A stretch of DNA of 64,000 bases from Adineta vaga. Its lineage: Eukaryota; Animalia; Rotifera. Below the pieces are notes generated by a model. It made no database searches, was not told the origin of the DNA, and saw only the letters and a list, made by a program, of their open reading frames with translations. Positions 1 to 12,634 of the stretch are shown here, one piece after another. Every line of letters starts with the position of its first letter. The stretch's first letter is position 1. Location: positions 13,392,001-13,456,000 of the forward strand of contig CP075495.1 in NCBI GenBank assembly GCA_021613535.1, given 5' to 3'. The position numbers and the translations under genes were made by a program.

Positions 1-826
1 AGACATGTAGAGAATGATAAATAGTCTAGAGATAGATGGTGAGAAAAGATAGAGTATTAGTCGGAATGCCTTGTTCTCGTTGGTTCATGTTAGCTATATA
101 GCCTCACACATTAATTTAGTTGAACCCCATGACCGCTGTCCTTCTTCTTCTTCTTTTCTTCTAGATAAAAATTGTTCGAACTAACTTTGCTTGCGAACAC
201 CACACACGCGTGCGCCCATCGGTCGAAAGAAATGAAGAGAGAGAGAGAGAAAGAAAAAAGCGAAGAAAAGAAATGGTAGTGCCGTATCTATCGACGTAAA
301 AACTAAAAGAAGAGAAAAGAAGAAGAAAAAATGAGTGTTGATTGTATATGCATATATATGATAGACAGCTGCATGTATGTATATAGATGAACATTTGTAT
401 TATACATTGAAATAAAATAAAAACGGGAGTAATATTTATTTCACGAATTAAATTGACCTAGACAATGATCGTTGTTCTATTTCAGATCTTATCATCATTG
501 TAAGTAAGAAATCTTTTGCCTTTTAGTTTGTTATCAGATGTTCAGTGATACATTTAAGACAATGGAGAAAATCTTGAGGACGAGAAGACATTTCTATATT
601 ATCGATCGAGGAAAAAAACGATTGTGCATCGGCTCATATACTCCTTAGGGGCATCGAACTAGGATGCATTGCTGTTATGTCTCGAGTGGTATAGGCATTT
701 ATAAAAGCTTGTTGAGAAGAGAAGAACAATCGATTAACAAAGCAGGTGAATGAGCAGAAAAGTTCAAACATATCCCATAAGATTGATTGAAACATGATAT
801 TCATTTTTAGATAAATTTTATTCGAG

Positions 827-1972
827 ATGGATCGCTATGAATTTGAAATTCATAGTCAAGTGTCAACATCTCATGCATTTTCTACTACGACTGTCTCTTC
901 AGCATTACTTCCAGCAATTATCAATCCAGAATGGATCTCAATGGTTGAACATATTCATTATTATGCATATCCGATTATAATATTAAGCGGAATTTTCTTC
1001 TCTTTAATCACATTAATATCCTTAGCACAAAATGTTCATATGACATCCAAACCCTATCTATTTACTCAAACAATATTTGATATTTTATTCTTATTACTTG
1101 GTGTTTGTTTGAATATTTCGAAATATTATCCAAATATTCTTCCAAAATTTCCTAATGAAAAAATCTATTATAATTTTCTTTTCTATATACTTTGGTTTAT
1201 TGTCATTTGGATATTCTTAATTAGTTGTCTTGATCATACTTGTACAGCTATTCAATCCAATGGTTACAACGAAAGATTATTTTGTTCACCATGTAATTCA
1301 AAAAATGTCATTCTAGGAATAGTACTTCTTGGAATCATCTTTTCATTGCCACAATTATTTGCATGGGAATCATTTGAAACAATCTATCGTACAACATATT
1401 TACGAACATCATTTCTCTATGAACATATTTACTTTTGGTTTTTACATATTATTTATTTATTTATCCCATTGTTTGCCATCTTCGTTTTTCTTGGTACACT
1501 CTCATATACATTATGTAAAAAGAAAGAACATTATTTATTAACATCAAATGGTGGAAATCATGGACATTATACAATTCATTATGGTAATCCACATGAAACT
1601 TCAATAAATTATTCGAAAACACGTGAACGTGAAAATATAACAAAATTATTTATCATGATGTGTTTTCTGTATTTAATGTTAGTATTACCATATTCATTTG
1701 TAATTTTCTTTGGAAAATTATTTTTACGTGAACAAACAACAATACAATCGAAAACCATATTTCAAGAAATACTTTTTGCCTATGATGTCTCATTGATCTT
1801 ATTCTATCTTCAAATCTTAATGAAATTTTTTGTTTTAACAATCTTTAGTAGAAATTTTCGTTTATGTTTCAAGAAATTTATTACATGTCGATGTTTATGT
1901 TGTTGTTGTACGCGAAAGAAATCTTCATCGATAGATAATCATGAACATGAGGATGGAATTTATATGAAATAA
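827..1972 (+). CDS. Orphan rhodopsin-like (class A) 7TM GPCR, peptide-receptor-like, single coding exon
   Basis: 381-aa ORF with about seven hydrophobic segments, TM4 'FSLPQLF', TM5 'YLFIPLF', TM6 'LMLVLPY', helix-8 'FSRNFRLCF' and a Cys-rich tail (CRCLCCCC). Confidence 0.85.
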   Translation: MDRYEFEIHSQVSTSHAFSTTTVSSALLPAIINPEWISMVEHIHYYAYPIIILSGIFFSLITLISLAQNVHMTSKPYLFTQTIFDILFLLLGVCLNISKYYPNILPKFPNEKIYYNFLFYILWFIVIWIFLISCLDHTCTAIQSNGYNERLFCSPCNSKNVILGIVLLGIIFSLPQLFAWESFETIYRTTYLRTSFLYEHIYFWFLHIIYLFIPLFAIFVFLGTLSYTLCKKKEHYLLTSNGGNHGHYTIHYGNPHETSINYSKTRERENITKLFIMMCFLYLMLVLPYSFVIFFGKLFLREQTTIQSKTIFQEILFAYDVSLILFYLQILMKFFVLTIFSRNFRLCFKKFITCRCLCCCCTRKKSSSIDNHEHEDGIYMK

Positions 1973-3367
1973 TAATCCTAGTCAATAGAATGAAACAAAA
2001 AATTATGTATGTTGCTGTTGTTGTTTTTCTTTTTTCTTTTTGTTTGTATTGTGGTTCAAATTAGATATTGAAAAAAAAATACATAGTATCGTGTTTATTT
2101 CATTTGCTTTAAATATATATATATATATACATAGTCAATGATTTCATATGAACTAGTAAATAAGAACAAAGAACGTTTGATTTTTCTGCTTAATGTCAAA
2201 CGTTTCCATGTATTATTATAATCAAGCTTAAGTATACTCTGGAGAACACTAGACACCCGATTCGAAGGAAATACTTATGTAATCTAGTCATGAAATCATC
2301 AAATATTAATCAGTGATGTTATTATGTCAAAGATTTCCTTTAGAGAATAGACAATAGTTTTTCAAATAGATCTAAATGAAAATAATATTGATATAATCGC
2401 GACAGTTGAAGTATATACTGTTAAATCCTTTGGGATATTTTGTCTACTAAAAGAAATGTTTTTGTCAAATAGTGTAAATTATGAAACACTTGATTTGTAT
2501 ATACAAAATATTTTTATTCTGTATAGCATAACTATGTATATACATATACATAGAATTTAATCAACAAACGTTATCTTCCTGTATTAATGATACTTTCTTG
2601 TTGAGTAACAATTCGAGCAGTGATTTTGGGAAGGATAACATCAACATTATCATTTCATATATCACAGTTAAGATGGAATCAATTTGCATCATCAAAGATC
2701 TATATGTTACCTAATGTATCAGTTGAGGTAAGATCAATAGAGAAAAATGATAGCAGAACGAATATAATGACTTCCAAATCAATTGATTTATCTCAACAGT
2801 TCTTTTTTCATTGAAAAGAGAAAAATACAAAATTACATCTTAATCTACAACGATTGTAGAAGATGCATATCTTCATAGTGATAGATTACATTTCATGTTA
2901 TCACATCTCTTTTATTGTAAGAACTATCTGGAATGCATTGCTTATAATAGCTTTCGGCGATCGAGTAAGAATAACAAAGTATAGGAACAGTTTGATTATT
3001 CATCTGATAGATAAATACAAGCAAAGAAGTGATTCTTTCAACGCAATATTGATATTGTTAGTTAATTTATAGTAATCATGAAAATTAATGTATTTTACAG
3101 TACCAAGAATGATATTTAAAAGAGTAAGTTATAGTTTATTCAACTTATAGAAGTATAAAATCCATGCTCAAGCCACTCCGCCGATCAATAAAAATGTACT
3201 GTTTCTTTGACTGACTACATGAAAAAGATAACAGAGATAAAAAAAAAAGGAAAAAGAGCATAAGACATTGAATAGACGTATGTAGTGAAGTATAAGACAA
3301 ATGATTAAATAATGTGCAAGAGGAAAGTTCAAAAATAAAATTGAAATGCTTTGTTTTGTAGTTCAAT

Positions 3368-4777
<1,410 letters not shown>

Positions 4778-5265
4778 AATACAAGGTTTTTAAGTATAAT
4801 GATAATCAGTAACGTCAAGTACAAGAGACGAGATAATAGATAAAAGTGAAGTGAAGTACAAGGCGATTCGAATTGGTAAATTATGTGATGGCGTGAGTTA
4901 CAGTTGGCGTCTATCAGTCCAATCCATATTGCCTCATTATTATATATAGAGGAAGTTTGGAAAACTTTCCTGTAGCTGTCGTTGTCTGTTAAGAAAAGTA
5001 CTTCCACCTCTCTTGCTGTTTATTTCTTAAGTATATTTATTTGACTTCTTTTCTTTCTATTCATTTGTAGTAATTTTGATTTAAAGATTCTAAAATCTGA
5101 TGGTGTGAGTGAAGAAACTAAAAGACGTATGTCTATAGTTCATAATTGACGGTCAAAAATTGTCTCCGACTTTCATTTCGAAATTCTTGATTGTATATGC
5201 ATCAAGATTTCTCATACTTTTTTTAATTTTATATCGCACATAAAGTGTATTTTCAAATCTGTCCT

Positions 5266-6962
5266 CTATGTTATGCGATCATTTCTACTTATATTATATA
5301 GTGCCTGTTTGAGCATCATTTGAACACCTTCACCAACTGAACCAGGTATTTCGATTCGTTGACATAAGTCTTCCAATAATAATTCATTACGAATAATAAT
5401 ACTAAATGCTCTACCAAACATAGGTGCATGTTCATTGATTAGTTGAACACCGCAGAGTATTTTATGTGTTCGAGAAAGCCATAATTTCGCAAAACCTAAG
5501 CGTAAATAATGGATTTTATTGTATACTCAAATGAGAGACTGACCACGCGGAAGTGTATCGACGACATATTTCATTGTCGAGGGAATAATTACGCGACAAA
5601 TGAACATATTATCAGCTGGTATTCGTGTTTGACCAAGTATCAACAATGGTGGTATTGTATAGATAAATGATGACATGACGAATTTAGGTTTCGGATTCAT
5701 AAAAATTCGACAAATTGTTCGATATGCAATACTCACAGCTTGTTCAATTGAACAAATATTTTTGACTCGTTGGTAATCAATTGGAATAATCGGAATCATT
5801 GATTTAACGATATCTCTTCCATTGCCATCATCTACTAGAGTTCCTAGTTGAATTTGACGTCCATGAGATACACGTTCAATGAGCTGAATGAGAGTAGATG
5901 ATGGAGTTTGACAGATGGAATTCAATTTTCGTTGTGTACCAATTGCTATAAATCGATAATCATTTCTACAATACCATTTTCACTTTGGAAAAGCTTTTAA
6001 ATCATTGAATTATTCTATTCACTTAATAAAATCATGCATAGAATGAAGAGTTGTTTCTGTAAGATAATTAACACGATATTTTGTAATAATATTAATTTGT
6101 TGTTGAATCAAAATTGATTCAATATAAGAAGCTATTTCTCTATCAATATTGTTGACATCCATTAGACAATGGGATTGTTGTTCAATAATATCTACTCGAG
6201 TACAACCTAATTCTTTCATACAAGAAGCTACTGATATCCCTGTTACACCACCTCCAATTACAACTAAACTCTGATACATAACGACAAATAAATTGTAGAA
6301 AAAGAAACAACAAACTAATTCAATCTCACCTTTGGAATTTCTTCTAATTGAACAATGTCAGATAATGTCTTCAAAGTACGATGTTGATTAGTTTTATTGA
6401 TATAATCTTTAATTGTCAAATGACAAATATCACTTCCGAGTATAACATATTCTGTACGTAAAACAGCTATTTGATTTAATTGATCTTAAATAAAAATAAT
6501 GAATAAAAATATTCACTCGAATAAGATTTTCCTTCTGACTTATAAATACCTTCACTAAGAATTCGAACTAAATGATCTTCAATCATAACAACAATTCCTT
6601 CATATATAACAATATCTTTTTGATAAATTTCTTTTTCAAAATGTTGTTTTCGTTCTTGAAATTCTTTTTTACATTCATTTGTTAATTTTTGCCAATCAAA
6701 ATGTGAAATTTTTTCATCACTTTGACATTGTAAACCTTTCGTTGATAGACAATGAATGGAACGAAGGTTGTGCTGCTTCATATAAATATTTCAACGATAA
6801 ATACTCAGATAAATCAATCATAACCGGTGCTTTCGATCGACTGACAATCGCTACTTGATAACCATGCTGTTTAAGTATTAGAGCTGTTAAATATGATGAA
6901 AGATCCCGTCCAACAATGATTGCTGTATATTCAGATTCATGTCTATTTGGAAGATCAACCAT
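5266..6962 (-). CDS. Degenerate pyridine nucleotide-disulfide oxidoreductase (DLD/glutathione/thioredoxin reductase-like fold); possible pseudoenzyme or pseudogene
   Basis: Domain order is conserved: 'YTAIIVGRDLSSYLTA' (FAD Rossmann-like), 'FDWQKL', 'TEYVILGSD', 'LEEIPKSLVVIGGGVTGISVA' (NAD(P)H Rossmann), 'FIAIGTQRKLN', 'FIYTIPPLLILG', and dimerisation domain 'GFAKLWLSRTHKILCGVQLI'. There is a frame change in exon 1 near 6720-6790. Confidence 0.75.
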
Positions 6963-7609
6963 AAATTGACTTTATCAATTAATAATAGATTGAATTTGGC
7001 GGAAAAAAATCTATTTTTATTATAGTATCAAAAATGTATTCATGGAAATGAAATGCGCACTTTTCGATCTTTGAAGTACGAGAAAATAATTCCGTATCTG
7101 ATAAAATCGACGACAAAACTGCTTTTGCGTCATTTCTATTTTACCTAATCAAAATGAGATATGTTTGACATAATTAATTCGAAAAATACAACAAAAAAGA
7201 ACATTTCTTTTTAGATGTCTGTTTTCTTTCTTTAGAATAATCGAATTAATCAACAAATTGTAACGATATTGGTACTTATTTTTCTAGATTTTCACTATAT
7301 TCACTTTTACGTTGGTTGGAAATTTATGCTTTGAATAAAGAAAGAAAATAAGTCAGTCTTCGTCGAAATGATTTTTTTCTTTTTAGCACTGACTCGTGAC
7401 TTTTAAAGCAAATAAGAAAACAACTATGTCGTTTTTATCGTACGAAAAGATTGATTCAAGTAGTAAAAGGACGTTATTTCCATTTACTATTTAGTATAAA
7501 AATCGATAAGGATCAAAAAGAATGAAAGAAGGAATATGTATATATATATATATATATATTAATTCAATAAAACAGACTACTGATATCAAACAAATCGTCT
7601 ATTATATTG

Positions 7610-9166
7610 ATGGCTATGAGTAATCCAAATATTATTGATAATATCGGCACTCGGGGTATGTATGTAAAATAAAAAAATTTAGATCGAATGCTTTTCTTTA
7701 CTTTTTCTAATTATTTCTGATTGCTTTCAGAGAGAGACACTACTTCACTTATTGATTTTGATTACGATGATTCAGTTTTGGCACAAGATCAAATCACATC
7801 ATCTCATTCGTTGAGTTCCAATCTAGATCTTGCATTAGTCACACATGTACCAAATACTCCTACTAATACCACTCAGCAACAGCGAATTGAGAGGTATCAT
7901 TTTATTTTAGCTGTAGTAGGAGCTAAAATTGATTTGACTGATTATTATTTAGTGCGAATGACAACTTGAATCATCCATTAAATCTTTTGTCACGCGTAAT
8001 TCTTGCTACTGTAAAATATCCTGATCATGCGACACTTTTTAAATATAGCGACCTACAATTATGGATGTACATACATGCAAATAAACGTTCATTTATCGAT
8101 ATTTGCGAAACACTTACTCACATGTTAACCACACATTCAAATCATTTTGATTCACGTCAATTGCTCAATGTACGTCTTATTTGTGCTGAAGCTTATCAAA
8201 CAATAGGTCTTGCTAATCAGGCACATTGTTTTTACGATCAAGTTGAATTCTTAATTGATAGATTGAATAATTCAACAAACATGTTGACATATCATGAACA
8301 AACGGAACGTGATCAAATACGAAAAAAGAAAGAAGACATTAGAATGAAATTAGAGTTTCAAGCAGATTTTCAATCTAATATGTTCAAAAGTGGAAAACAT
8401 CGAAAATTCAGTCAGTTTAATTTCATATAAATGTTATTCAAGAGAACTTCTTTCTTTCGTTCATTTAGTGCAAAATGATATTCTTACACAATTAGATATG
8501 GATAATCCAAGCCCAGAAAAATGTCGTTTTCTATGGCGTCAAATTGTTCTTGAATTAGCTCTCAATCCTGAAATAGCAATACGTAGTTCTCAATGGTTAC
8601 TATCATATGCCGATCGTCATCCATCCAATACTCTTCAACATGCAAATAGTTTATATGTTGCACTTAATCTTTTTCTTTTTGGTTCTGGATCAAGTATTTT
8701 TCAGCAGCAGCAACAACAAGAACGAAATGTGAATATTGATGTTTTTAAAATGTTAAATGAACTTGGTCGTTATTTTGAAGAGTATGGTAATCAATCTAAA
8801 CAATTTTCACCTATACATAAAATGGCACACATATGGGGTACAGCAGCAGTTGCATATTATTTAGCGTCTGAAAAATACAAATATTTTGTATGCGCATCGA
8901 TAATGAGAGTGAGTTTTGAATTATTAGGCATTTGTTTTCTATCATCGGGTATTGAATCATTATATATGCTTGCACGTATACATGCTCCAGAATTTTTTAT
9001 GATCATGTCAAATGATCCTGGTATTAAATTAAGTACACCCATTTGTATAAATTATTTTCGACGACGATTGGAAAATAGTCCAACATGTATTCGATATTCA
9101 AATCAAATAGTGCATGAATTTATGTTGGATGCCTTTAATGCTGATCAAAGTCATAATCGAATCTAA
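7610..9166 (+). CDS. Uncharacterised, probably alpha-helical (TPR-like?) protein, about 4 exons
   Basis: ATG 7610 with exon ending at a GTATGT donor (~7656). Phase-compatible exons cover ORFs 7721-7969, 7966-8430 and 8390-9166. 'AEAYQTIGLANQAHCFYDQ' resembles a TPR helix pair. The junction near 8390-8444 is uncertain. Confidence 0.55.
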
Positions 9167-9480
9167 TATGTACATTAATGATTATTTGCAAACAAACTCT
9201 CATGAATTATCTTGGAATCTCATGTTTTTCACTGAAGAAAACAATAAGAACTGTTTAGTTTTTACGCATCTCTTTTGTATATATGTATATATGATGAATA
9301 AACTTCTCGTCCAAGATTACTGAATTTACAATTGATTATTTACATTAGTTGGTAAGATCATAAACTAGAATAAATTTAGATATACATCAAGTTAACATTT
9401 ATTACTCTATAGTATACAACGAAATTTATACATTGAAGAAAGATAAAGACAGAAAAAAAGATAAATTGAATAGATCAGAT

Positions 9481-10194
9481 TCATGATTTGAGTTTGACTG
9501 GTGGTACATGTTTTTCCGCAAAACATTTATCGCACACCCACTCAGCATAATTTTCCTGAATAAGCATTTTTAATGCGTGTTCTGTTAAACCAACGCATGT
9601 TCGATGATAGAAAAAATTGCAACCAGATTCACATAGAACAGTTCCTTCTGTGTCTTGAGCTTCTTTATGACAGGAACCACAGATAGCAATCGATGATGAA
9701 TTCGGATTTTGTGGATTATTAATATGATGTGTATGAGGAGGATAAGTTCGTGCCATCATTTGTGGTGGTGGAGGTCCGTGCATCATCATCATACCACGTG
9801 CATGTGGTGGACCTGGACCAAGCATACTATTCATATGTGGATGATGGTGCGGAAGAGGTGGTGCACCATGCATCATATGTGGATGTGGATGCATCATAGG
9901 TGGTGGAGGGCCACCTCCATAAAAGTCATCGACAAATTGACCTGGTTGTGGTGGTGGAAGACCGCCTGGATGCATCATATGCGGAGGCAGGGGACCACGT
10001 GGACCGCCATAGTGCATTGGCGGTAACTGTTGTTGCGGATGCATTCGTTGAGGTGGATGTGGTTGTAAATCATCACCAGGTGGTGGTGGGCTGTTGTTAA
10101 GTGAAGGTAATTGATTGCCACTTCCACCTGTGCTTGTATTAAGAGGACTTGCTGCTCGAGCACTTGGAGGAGTAGTTAAACCTGGCTTTGACAT
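9481..10194 (-). CDS. PYGO: Pygopus (Wnt/beta-catenin coactivator) with C-terminal PHD finger
   Basis: Pro/His/Met/Gly-rich region followed by the Pygo-type PHD 'CGSCHKE...VLCESGCNFFYHRTCVGLTEHALKMLIQENYAEWVCDKC'. The ATG sits immediately after a TTTCAG acceptor, so an upstream exon exists. Confidence 0.88.
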   Translation of the reverse strand: MSKPGLTTPPSARAASPLNTSTGGSGNQLPSLNNSPPPPGDDLQPHPPQRMHPQQQLPPMHYGGPRGPLPPHMMHPGGLPPPQPGQFVDDFYGGGPPPPMMHPHPHMMHGAPPLPHHHPHMNSMLGPGPPHARGMMMMHGPPPPQMMARTYPPHTHHINNPQNPNSSSIAICGSCHKEAQDTEGTVLCESGCNFFYHRTCVGLTEHALKMLIQENYAEWVCDKCFAEKHVPPVKLKS

Positions 10195-10655
10195 CTGAAA
10201 AAGAAAATAGAGAAAAAGAATATCAATAAAAATCTTTTCACTATTTAAATAAACTACAAAAGAATATAGGAAAAATAAGAATATCATTTTATTCGATTGA
10301 GAAGAAAAAAATGAATTTGCAAATCTTCTAATGCACTGGGATAAAAGATATCAGTGATAATACATTTGATAGCATAATTGAATTGGTTATCAGGAATTGA
10401 GAGAGAGAGAGAGATATCAATATCTAAAAAAGCAATATCTGACGGGAGAAAAATATTAAAATTTCTGAACTTTTTCAATATTTTGATTTCATTCCGAAGG
10501 AATTTTCTTTCTTATTCATTGAACGCGATATGTCATTCAGAATTTGTTGAATTTTCATTTTGGATTCGAAAGGAAGGAAATCATGCAGTGTAAATTTGAT
10601 TTAAATCTTTTCTCGATCTCACAATCTCGTCTGTTGACTATTTCTTTTTTATTCG

Positions 10656-10997
10656 TTAAATTTGAACTTCACTATATTCTGTATCTAATGTATTGGAATG
10701 AACTGTCGAATAACATGAATCTCCACCTTCTGATTCTGCACCAATAGTTAAATTTTGTCTATTTTCTCTGGCCAGAGATGATGAATCTTTATGTAAAATC
10801 TTGTTTGATGATTCATTTTCGATATAATTGTTGGTTAATCATTTGTTTATTGTAATTTGTTCTATCTTCGTACATGAAGATGCTGTTGGAACATGATTTT
10901 GAATATTAATTAATGGTATAAGTTCTGATGGCGGAGATAATGCTTTATCACGATTTGATTCATTCACCGAAGTTACATGAAATCGTTTTGTATTCAT
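10656..10997 (-). pseudogene. Coding-like frame interrupted by one in-frame TGA (10839-10841); N-terminal RFxV motif
   Basis: Manual translation: MNTKRFHVTSVNES...ITINK*LTNNYIENESS...AESEGGDSCYSTVHSNTLDTEYSEVQI*. Not in the ORF track. Confidence 0.35.
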
Positions 10998-11769
10998 AAT
11001 TTTGTTCTTCTTCGCAATATAATGGAATTCTAATCAAAAGAGATTAGATAGAGAGAACAGAAAAGACAAAAAAAGTTAATAATCATTCATATCTCTTGTT
11101 TTTCATTGGTTGACATGATCACCAATAGATAGTTATTAAGAGAAACTATTTATCAAAATTTGACGAAAATTTCTTTAAAAAAACTAAAAAAAACTAAGTC
11201 TTCATCAAATTTTTAATCAAGTAAAATTAATTTCTATCAATAATATTGATCCCTTCTAATTGGTTCGCAATTCCCAGAAAACAAAACACACACACACACA
11301 CACACGCAGCTCAAATAACAACAAGCATAACTCATCAACAACTAGATAGATGACTAAATCGGAGATGTTTATATTTTCTTATTTGATAATTATTTATCAT
11401 TAATTCATGTTTCTATTTGAATAATAGTGGACTTTTACACATCTTTCAAGACTATTTTCTTATCACTTATTAATTCTTTTTTCCAGACATTTTGTTTTCT
11501 TAATCAAATATTGTTTTTTTCTCTGATTTTTAGATTAAAAATGACAATATCATATGTTGATTATTCGACTTCTGTCAAAATTGTCTTCGCTTTCGATCGA
11601 CCACGTTGACAAAATATCATTTTACACAGTAATTAAATCAAATTTTTGTTCTTAATTTTTTTTCACATGAATGCTTTTCTTCTAGTTTCTATTTATATTC
11701 GATTTTTCTTTCTCGCCTCTCGATTTGCAATATATTTATTTTTAATTTTTGTACAATCAAATATTCATT

Positions 11770-12601
11770 ATGAGTAATCCAAGAAAATTTGCAGAAAAAA
11801 TTGCATTAATTCATCAGAAACAAGCTGAAGGTGATGCTGCTTTCAATACAATTATTTATGAAGTTGAAGCTGCTAAACAAGTATGTTTGTGAATTGAAAC
11901 GAGAATATTAAAATATGATTTTATATTCTAAAGAGAGCTGACCGTGTTTCATCTACGACAGGTACTTTAGATGTACCAATTGGAAAATATGAAAAACCAT
12001 TTGAAGTAAAAAAAAAGAACATTTTCGAAATTGATTATAGCGACATAAATTTTCTTTTCCTAGAATTATCAGGGATCAAATGGAATGAACACCTTAGATG
12101 ATGTTAGTAGACATAATTATACTCTTCAACAGATTAAAGTATTTTTTTAATCGAGTAAAATTTTTAGAAAGAATAAATCTGTATATATGTATTTAGATGG
12201 ATAATTGTAATGAATCTGAACGACTTTTACAACTTCCTGAGAATTCATCATGGCGACGGTATGAAAAATAATCATTTCTCAGAAAGGTTTTATTTCATTC
12301 CTTTTTTTTCACTTCTTTAGTACTCATTCGGATTCATCTCTTCATCATACTATAATGCCCAATCATTCTGCACATTACCATACTCGCAATGAAAATGACA
12401 ATCATGGTATATTATCTACAAATTATCATAAATGAGAAAAATAAAATCTTTTATTTTCTAGGACAAATCTCGAATTACGATATGGTCGATGTTAAATATG
12501 AACCGTCAGTCTATTCTCCTCCTTCTCATCATCCGCATCATTTACAAGTATCAAATTCTCCTTTCCAACAACAGCAGCAGCAGCAGCAACAGCAACAGCA
12601 A

Positions 12602-12634
<33 letters not shown>

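Noticed and set aside
2220-3100. Faintly coding-like fragments between the GPCR and secernin
   Set aside because: Short, stop-laden and without a recognisable motif.
7538-7560. (TA)n, (CA)n and (GA)n microsatellites here and at e.g. 11287, 28770 and 30487
   Set aside because: Ordinary simple repeats in an AT-rich genome.
9709-10163. Trp/Met/His-rich ORFs overlapping Pygopus
   Set aside because: Antisense or alternate-frame shadows of the Pro/His/Met-rich Pygo exon.
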